Of a stretch of 12,158 nt of DNA, positions 7,213 to 12,158 are shown one piece after another. The translations under genes were made by a program, and so were the position numbers. Source of the stretch: a virus (Duplodnaviria > Heunggongvirae > Uroviricota > Caudoviricetes); IMG/VR virus record IMGVR_UViG_3300047546_003220; one strand, written 5' to 3'. The first letter of the stretch is position 1; each line of letters starts with the position of its first letter. The notes under the pieces were generated by a model. The model did not search any database. It was not told where the DNA came from and saw nothing but the letters and a program-made list of their open reading frames with translations.

Positions 7213-7370
7213 ATGTCTATATCTTTAGGTGCTTCTGCAATTACGTGTTTTCTCCACCATTTTTTTACTGGATGTTCTTCATTAAAATTCTTTTCAATAT
7301 AACCAGCAATGATGAAAAATACTACCGTAAGACTTAAAAGTATGACCCAAATGTACGCTAATATAATCAT
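7209..7370 (-). CDS. Small single-pass membrane protein, 53 aa (MIILAYIWVILLSLTVVFFIIAGYIEKNFNEEHPVKKWWRKHVIAEAPKDIDI)
   Basis: Translated by hand; below the track length cutoff. It exactly fills the gap, with ATGA start/stop overlaps at both ends (7367-7370 and 7209-7212). The first ~24 aa form a hydrophobic helix. Confidence 0.8.
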   Translation of the reverse strand: MIILAYIWVILLSLTVVFFIIAGYIEKNFNEEHPVKKWWRKHVIAEAPKDIDI

Positions 7371-7735
7371 TTCCAAATTATTTTCTTAATTAAATCATAA
7401 TAGGATAATTCAATATCAAAATACTTTAAGTAAGTTTTAACATCAAAAAAGATATTTCGTCTAATGAACCTATTGACCTTAATTTTGGAGACTCTACCTG
7501 CGTTTGGGGGTGGGGTAATCATTACTGATGCAGGGTACCAATCTTTCTTTCTGTTGTAGTGTACAAAGATTTTACCTTCAAAAATAACATCAACCTCTTC
7601 GATATGAGAATACTTACGATAATTTTTTATTGAAAAAGTTCCTTTGAGATATGAATTGGAAATAGAAATCTTATTTCCGAACTTCTTTACAACCTTACTT
7701 GTTGCCTTTGTTTGTGGGGTTCTCAACATGTGCAT
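7367..7735 (-). CDS. Basic hypothetical protein, 122 aa (start could be 7729)
   Basis: ORF track; directly downstream of the promoter motif; ATGA-coupled to the next ORF. No family recognised. Confidence 0.75.
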   Translation of the reverse strand: MHMLRTPQTKATSKVVKKFGNKISISNSYLKGTFSIKNYRKYSHIEEVDVIFEGKIFVHYNRKKDWYPASVMITPPPNAGRVSKIKVNRFIRRNIFFDVKTYLKYFDIELSYYDLIKKIIWK

Positions 7736-7739
7736 ACCA

Positions 7740-7771
7740 CAAAGATATGCTTAGTTGTTCAAATCACCAAA
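7740..7771 (-). promoter_or_regulatory. Bacteroidota housekeeping-sigma promoter: -33 TTTG, 20-nt spacer, -7 TATCTTTG
   Basis: Minus strand: TTTG (7771-7768), gtgatttgaacaactaagca, TATCTTTG (7747-7740). Matches the TTTG-N19-21-TAnnTTTG consensus; the -7 box is in an intergenic gap. Confidence 0.7.
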
Positions 7772-8366
7772 TTTCTTTCATTTTCATATAACCGAGGGCT
7801 GCGCAGTATGCGTCAGTTTGGTCATAGTTTTCTTTCTTGAGGGTGTTATTCTTGGTATATTGCCAAGTAATCTGAGGCTCTCTTTTAGCAACCAATTCCC
7901 AAATTATGACTTTCTTGTCGATATCTTTTGGGAATGAGCCAAAAAGTACAAACTTACCCTTGTCGTTTTTTTGAACTAAGTGTGGAAAAGCAAATTTACG
8001 GGAATTATAAGTAGACATGAATTCGGGTACAACTCCTAGAACATCGTAAACCTCTTTACAAATCAAAGTGTTGAATCTCATAAGTGTTCCAACAGTAAAT
8101 ATATTATTGGAATTCAGTAAGGGTTCTTCGATGATTACACTATTAATCCCCATACCAACATATTGCTCTAATTTTTTTCTGAAAATTCCAGACTTTAAAA
8201 TCAATTCCTCAATTTTATTTTCCGATTTGGGTTTTGGAATTGGTGATATGTGTGTGAGTTCAAGTAAATTTTTTGACTCTATGTCGAAAAGAGCCCATCC
8301 AATTGTTTTTGTGGATACGTCCAATCCCAATACCTTGGGAGAGTCCTTCTGAATATTTTTTGCCAT
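7764..8366 (-). CDS. RuvC-like Holliday junction resolvase (RNase H fold), 200 aa
   Basis: VLGLDVSTKTIGWALFD, SVIIEEP and YDQTDAY supply the D...E...D..D acidic set typical of RuvC-type resolvases. Confidence 0.8.
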   Translation of the reverse strand: MAKNIQKDSPKVLGLDVSTKTIGWALFDIESKNLLELTHISPIPKPKSENKIEELILKSGIFRKKLEQYVGMGINSVIIEEPLLNSNNIFTVGTLMRFNTLICKEVYDVLGVVPEFMSTYNSRKFAFPHLVQKNDKGKFVLFGSFPKDIDKKVIIWELVAKREPQITWQYTKNNTLKKENYDQTDAYCAALGYMKMKEIW

Positions 8367-8367
8367 G

Positions 8368-10617
8368 TTAGAAATCTAATTTCACTACGTACTGCTGTAT
8401 ACCTTGTCTCAATTCAGGAGATTGTAGCTTAGATATAACAATAAGGTCTTTATTAGAATCGTAAAGCCCAATTTCTGTAACATAAGAAGTTGTGCCACTT
8501 GTCCAAGTTGGATTTGAGGTATTTGTGAATTGATTTCTACCTAAATTGATTAGGTATCTCATTTCATAAATTGTTGCAGTTATGTCTGTAGTAAAATTGC
8601 CGTAGAAATAAAATTCATCCCCGAAGTTCAAATAGGTTGTTTGATTGTTCGTAGGTATGTTGATGTAATTGGCTAAGTTGTAAATGTCCCCATTATCAAC
8701 TGCATCTTGATAACTAGTCACATCAATTTGGAAAGTTGTTCCTGTTAGACCCGACATGGTCAGGTATCCATTAACTGTTGTAGCAGAAATGTAACTTGTA
8801 ACATCAATATGTTTCCAATCAGTAGGACTTGGTTTTGTATCTCCTGAAGTGATTTGAACAAGTAACATTAGAGATGATGCACAATAACCTGTAAGTCCTG
8901 TAACCGTACTTGCAGATGATGGTTGGTTTAAGAATTGAAACTCAGGTCCAAATCTGACTGCAACGTTTTGACTTGTGTCTGAACATCCCGATGATGGTCC
9001 AACAATTTTTGAATAATAATTACAATGTAATGATTCGGTAAACGCGGTGTTATTCAATCTATAAGTAACCCACATGGTTTGTGTATCGGCAGTCAATATA
9101 CCTGTTGCGGTTGCGTTGTTTGCGAAACATGTATTCGGTGCCAAATAAGAAAGTTTGGGTGCTGGAAGTGTCCAGTTTCTATTCGACTTATAAGACATTG
9201 CCGCAATTACCTCTTCGTCGTCAATCACAATTGTTTCAGAATCAGGAAAAACTTTTCCGATTCTATTAAGATTACCGTTATCATCAGGATTAGTATCCCA
9301 CAAATGGAAGTAGCGTATCCCTGGGTCATTCATATCCAAGTTTTTAGTAGACTTGATATAATATGGTTTACATAAATCATATCCTGGTGGGTCAATAAAG
9401 AATGTTTGACCTATGGTATTACCTGTAGATTTATGCCACATTAAAGTTGGGATAGTGACTTTAAGGTGTCTGGCTAATCCAATTTGGTCTGTAGGATTTT
9501 GCGGGTCATATGGTATTGTTGAAAATTTTTCTCCATATACGTGGTCTATATCTTGATTTGTATAATGAATGATTGCAATAGCTTTTTGGTCTTGAGGTCT
9601 TACAACAATTTTTTCATCAAATGAATTATAATAGTAAACCTGACTCGTGTCTGTTTGCCCTGAGGGTTCTTGGTATCCCAAATATTCTTTCGTACCTATA
9701 TAACTAACTGAACCATATTTTGTGTAGTCCTCGTATGATGCACTAAATACACCAGCTGGACTGTCTGACCATGGAATGTTCATATTCCATATCAAAGTAT
9801 TTTCTCTGTTAATAACATCACAAGGAGATTCAAAGTTGAGTGTATCGGTTTGCCAATAAGGTGCTGGTGTAACTGAGTCATATATTACAGTCATCCCCGA
9901 TGGATATACTAAAACTCTAGATATTTCACCCGAAACACTAAAAGGAGTGAAATCTGGCACCGCTCTATCTAATGTGAATGTCCAATAAGTTGTTGCTGAG
10001 GTTCCTGTTGTTGGGCTTATAGATTGAATTTTATAGGTTAATATTGGATAAGTTTCAATTAAACCCATTGAACCCTGTCCAATTATCAAAGTTACAAGGT
10101 CTCCTACATTTGGGGTTCCACTTGTTGGGATTGGACTTGATGCGTCAAACTCTACATCCAAAAATGTTTGTCCTGATAATGAGTCCAACTGAACGATATA
10201 ATTTGATGTTATTGTATATGCAGAACCTGGTAAAGATGTGGTTTGAGCAGTCCAACTACCTGGCGTTCCTCCTGTGGTGAAAAATCCTTTTTCACCCGCA
10301 GCGTTATAAACTTCTTGAAAAGTTGAATCCATAAATGGTAATCCATAGGTATTACCTCTGTTACCTTCAACATAATATGGATATTTTATATTCTCTTTGT
10401 TTGATTGTGGTGAACCTGTATCATTTTGAGCATTAAAATCTGGCATCAAAATGTTATTATTTGTTTGGTTGTAGTTCGGAACGGCTTTGTAACTAACTTC
10501 ACTATCACCAATTTGAAAATAAGCAATATTAAAATTACCCTGAGATAATTTTCTTCTTCCAACATCTGTGAGTCTTGTGTTAATTAAACCAGAAGTATTT
10601 TTTATTATATAAGCCAT
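8368..10617 (-). CDS. Large putative virion structural protein (tail-collar/baseplate-like termini), 749 aa
   Basis: N-terminus LTDVGRRKLSQGNFNIAYFQIGDSE and C-terminus YVTEIGLYDSNKDLIVISKLQSP resemble the two halves of the tail-collar fibre (DUF3751) motif set. The interior is T/S/G-rich and looks beta-rich. Confidence 0.65.
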   Translation of the reverse strand: MAYIIKNTSGLINTRLTDVGRRKLSQGNFNIAYFQIGDSEVSYKAVPNYNQTNNNILMPDFNAQNDTGSPQSNKENIKYPYYVEGNRGNTYGLPFMDSTFQEVYNAAGEKGFFTTGGTPGSWTAQTTSLPGSAYTITSNYIVQLDSLSGQTFLDVEFDASSPIPTSGTPNVGDLVTLIIGQGSMGLIETYPILTYKIQSISPTTGTSATTYWTFTLDRAVPDFTPFSVSGEISRVLVYPSGMTVIYDSVTPAPYWQTDTLNFESPCDVINRENTLIWNMNIPWSDSPAGVFSASYEDYTKYGSVSYIGTKEYLGYQEPSGQTDTSQVYYYNSFDEKIVVRPQDQKAIAIIHYTNQDIDHVYGEKFSTIPYDPQNPTDQIGLARHLKVTIPTLMWHKSTGNTIGQTFFIDPPGYDLCKPYYIKSTKNLDMNDPGIRYFHLWDTNPDDNGNLNRIGKVFPDSETIVIDDEEVIAAMSYKSNRNWTLPAPKLSYLAPNTCFANNATATGILTADTQTMWVTYRLNNTAFTESLHCNYYSKIVGPSSGCSDTSQNVAVRFGPEFQFLNQPSSASTVTGLTGYCASSLMLLVQITSGDTKPSPTDWKHIDVTSYISATTVNGYLTMSGLTGTTFQIDVTSYQDAVDNGDIYNLANYINIPTNNQTTYLNFGDEFYFYGNFTTDITATIYEMRYLINLGRNQFTNTSNPTWTSGTTSYVTEIGLYDSNKDLIVISKLQSPELRQGIQQYVVKLDF

Positions 10618-10643
10618 TACGAATAAATATTTGTCTTATCTTT

Positions 10644-12158
10644 TTATGCTATGGGAATATCTCCTCCACCGCCACTGGCAGAGCCACCTGTGTAAAGAAT
10701 TCTGAAAGTATCCCCCAGATTAATGTTTATTGGTGAGAACATATTAACACTTACACTATAATTTTGTCCCTGAGAACAATATCCATTGAAAAGTCCTGAA
10801 CCCACTTCAACGTTATTTAAGTATGCCACAGCCTGAACAATGTAATTATCACTTGTAGGTGTTTGGAAATTAGCTTGAATATATTGTACTCCGCTATTTT
10901 GAGACATACCACAAGGATAAGAAGACAGACCTGAGCCAAATGAAAGAATTCCACCCGAGTCACTATATCTGAAGTTTTGATAACATCCTGTACCGTTTGG
11001 ACCTGTGCAAATTAAACCTCCAACTATTTGATTCATATTCAAATAGATGTTTCCTGATGATATAATACCTTGGCAAATTACACAATCGGGGTTTTCTACC
11101 ACACCATTGTAAGTAACTGAATTACTATTAACTTGGGTTTGTGTATTATCCGCGACCGCTGTACAACATACACAACCTTTTGTTTGAGGATTAGACACTT
11201 GAAGGCTAATTGTTTGACTCAATTGAGTTGTACAATTGCTTTGAGCTCCGACTTGACCATTTGTGATGGTAAGAACTGAAGTTGTAGAACCTGAAACTGT
11301 TGATGTATCCGACAATTCCAAATAATATGTGTCTGTTTCCGTAACAACTTGTTGTGTCTCAGGGTTACAATTTGGTCTTGAGTTATTTGAAGTTGTTGAA
11401 TTTGTAATTCCCGCTGTTTTTGGAACACCGTTTTGAAGTATTGTGAAATTATCTATGATAGTTCCTGTACCAGGTCCATTATATGTTTTAATTGAAGAAG
11501 TAGTTAGATAAAATTGTAAAACAATTCCTGCAGGTACAGGCGGAGTACTTGATACTGTGAAGTAGGTTGTTTTCGTACTAACTCCGTTTGCACTTACTTC
11601 AGAAGTCAATTGAGGTTGGGTGACCACATTAATTTGATATGTTTGAGGTGCACTTACAAAACCAATTTGTACAGATTGACTGAAACTTCCGTTTGCAGAG
11701 TCTCTTACCTTGATTAAAAACGTACCAGGACATAGGTTGTTGAATATTGGTGAAGTCTGCCATGTAACACCATTGTTGATAGAATACTCATATGGAGCTG
11801 TTCCAAATCTTGCTGATATGTTTATCGAACCATCACAATTGGTTTGAGTATTACATGTAGAGTTTTGTGTTGTTACGTTCACTTGAAGAGGTGTTACTGC
11901 AGGACAACTACCTGATGTTACATTTATTGTATAAGCTTGAGTTCCTCCAAATAACTGCCAATTCGAAGTCGGTGGTAATGTTGTTGTTACTGACCCGAAA
12001 ATACCTCCTCCAACAGGGTTTACAGGTGTTAAAAGGTCACTTGTAGTGAGTTCCCACCTAGTCCCTTTCCAAACAATATTTTGATTTGACGAGTTAGTCC
12101 ACTTAGGTTTAGAGTTATGTGTGCCGTTCTGAACAAAAGTTGATGGACCTACTTGGTT
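10644..12158 (-). CDS. Putative virion fibre/adhesin-like protein with an SprB-like repeat; 5'-partial (504 aa visible)
   Basis: The frame of the track ORF (10644..11882, GTG start) stays open to 12158 (NQVGPSTFVQNGTHNSKPKWTN...VTPLQVNVTTQ), so the true start is outside the window. SprB-like unit CDGSINISARFGTAPYEYSINNG...FNNLCPGTFLIKVRDSANG. T/S/N/G-rich with 15 Cys. Confidence 0.8.
   Translation of the reverse strand, partial: NQVGPSTFVQNGTHNSKPKWTNSSNQNIVWKGTRWELTTSDLLTPVNPVGGGIFGSVTTTLPPTSNWQLFGGTQAYTINVTSGSCPAVTPLQVNVTTQNSTCNTQTNCDGSINISARFGTAPYEYSINNGVTWQTSPIFNNLCPGTFLIKVRDSANGSFSQSVQIGFVSAPQTYQINVVTQPQLTSEVSANGVSTKTTYFTVSSTPPVPAGIVLQFYLTTSSIKTYNGPGTGTIIDNFTILQNGVPKTAGITNSTTSNNSRPNCNPETQQVVTETDTYYLELSDTSTVSGSTTSVLTITNGQVGAQSNCTTQLSQTISLQVSNPQTKGCVCCTAVADNTQTQVNSNSVTYNGVVENPDCVICQGIISSGNIYLNMNQIVGGLICTGPNGTGCYQNFRYSDSGGILSFGSGLSSYPCGMSQNSGVQYIQANFQTPTSDNYIVQAVAYLNNVEVGSGLFNGYCSQGQNYSVSVNMFSPININLGDTFRILYTGGSASGGGGDIPIA

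Larger units (their letters stand above)
1..12158 (-). mobile_element. Segment of a large tailed dsDNA phage genome (structural module followed by a replication/recombination module), probable Bacteroidota host
   Basis: All credible CDS lie on one strand with gaps of 44 nt or less, or with overlaps. Gene content is phage-like: gp46/gp47-like pair, gp61-like primase, standalone RuvC-like and PD-(D/E)XK nucleases, tail-collar-like protein. No cellular housekeeping context. Host inferred from the promoter motif, SprB-like repeat and lack of SD sequences. Confidence 0.85.

Noticed and set aside
7348-7377. Second TAnnTTTG match (TACATTTG) with TTTG 18 nt upstream
   Set aside because: Lies inside coding sequence and the spacer is shorter than the consensus.
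6455-11428. Short ORFs at 6455, 6963, 7755, 8068, 9079, 9081, 10044 and 11219
   Set aside because: Nested in or antisense to larger motif-bearing CDS; no independent support.
11880-11882. GTG start proposed by the ORF track
   Set aside because: The frame is open upstream to the window edge with the same composition, so this is an internal Val.
1-12158. No TAG among the 13 visible stop codons (possible amber recoding)
   Set aside because: No gene is interrupted by TAG and all read intact in the standard code; TAG is normally rare in AT-rich genomes and the sample is small.

Overview
AT-rich, very compact window with every credible gene on the minus strand. It looks like part of a large tailed dsDNA phage genome, probably infecting Bacteroidota: there is a TTTG-N20-TAnnTTTG promoter, an SprB-like repeat, and almost no Shine-Dalgarno motifs. 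In transcription order (right to left) it starts with two Ser/Thr/Gly/Asn-rich putative virion proteins; the first is cut by the right edge. A RuvC-like resolvase follows, coupled to the structural genes. A Bacteroidota-type promoter then opens a replication/recombination block: basic hypothetical protein, 53-aa membrane protein missed by the ORF track, gp61/DnaG-like primase, PD-(D/E)XK nuclease, Zn-ribbon protein, short SbcD/Mre11 nuclease, VPV-repeat protein, DUF1360-like CxxC membrane protein, small basic protein, NDP-sugar epimerase, and an SbcC/Rad50 (gp46-like) ATPase that is also missed by the track and runs off the left edge. The most unusual feature is an apparently re-partitioned Mre11-Rad50 pair: the nuclease seems to lack its C-terminal Rad50-binding part, a matching ~118-aa segment sits at the ATPase N-terminus, and four unrelated genes lie between them. 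All family assignments come from motif reading, not database searches.
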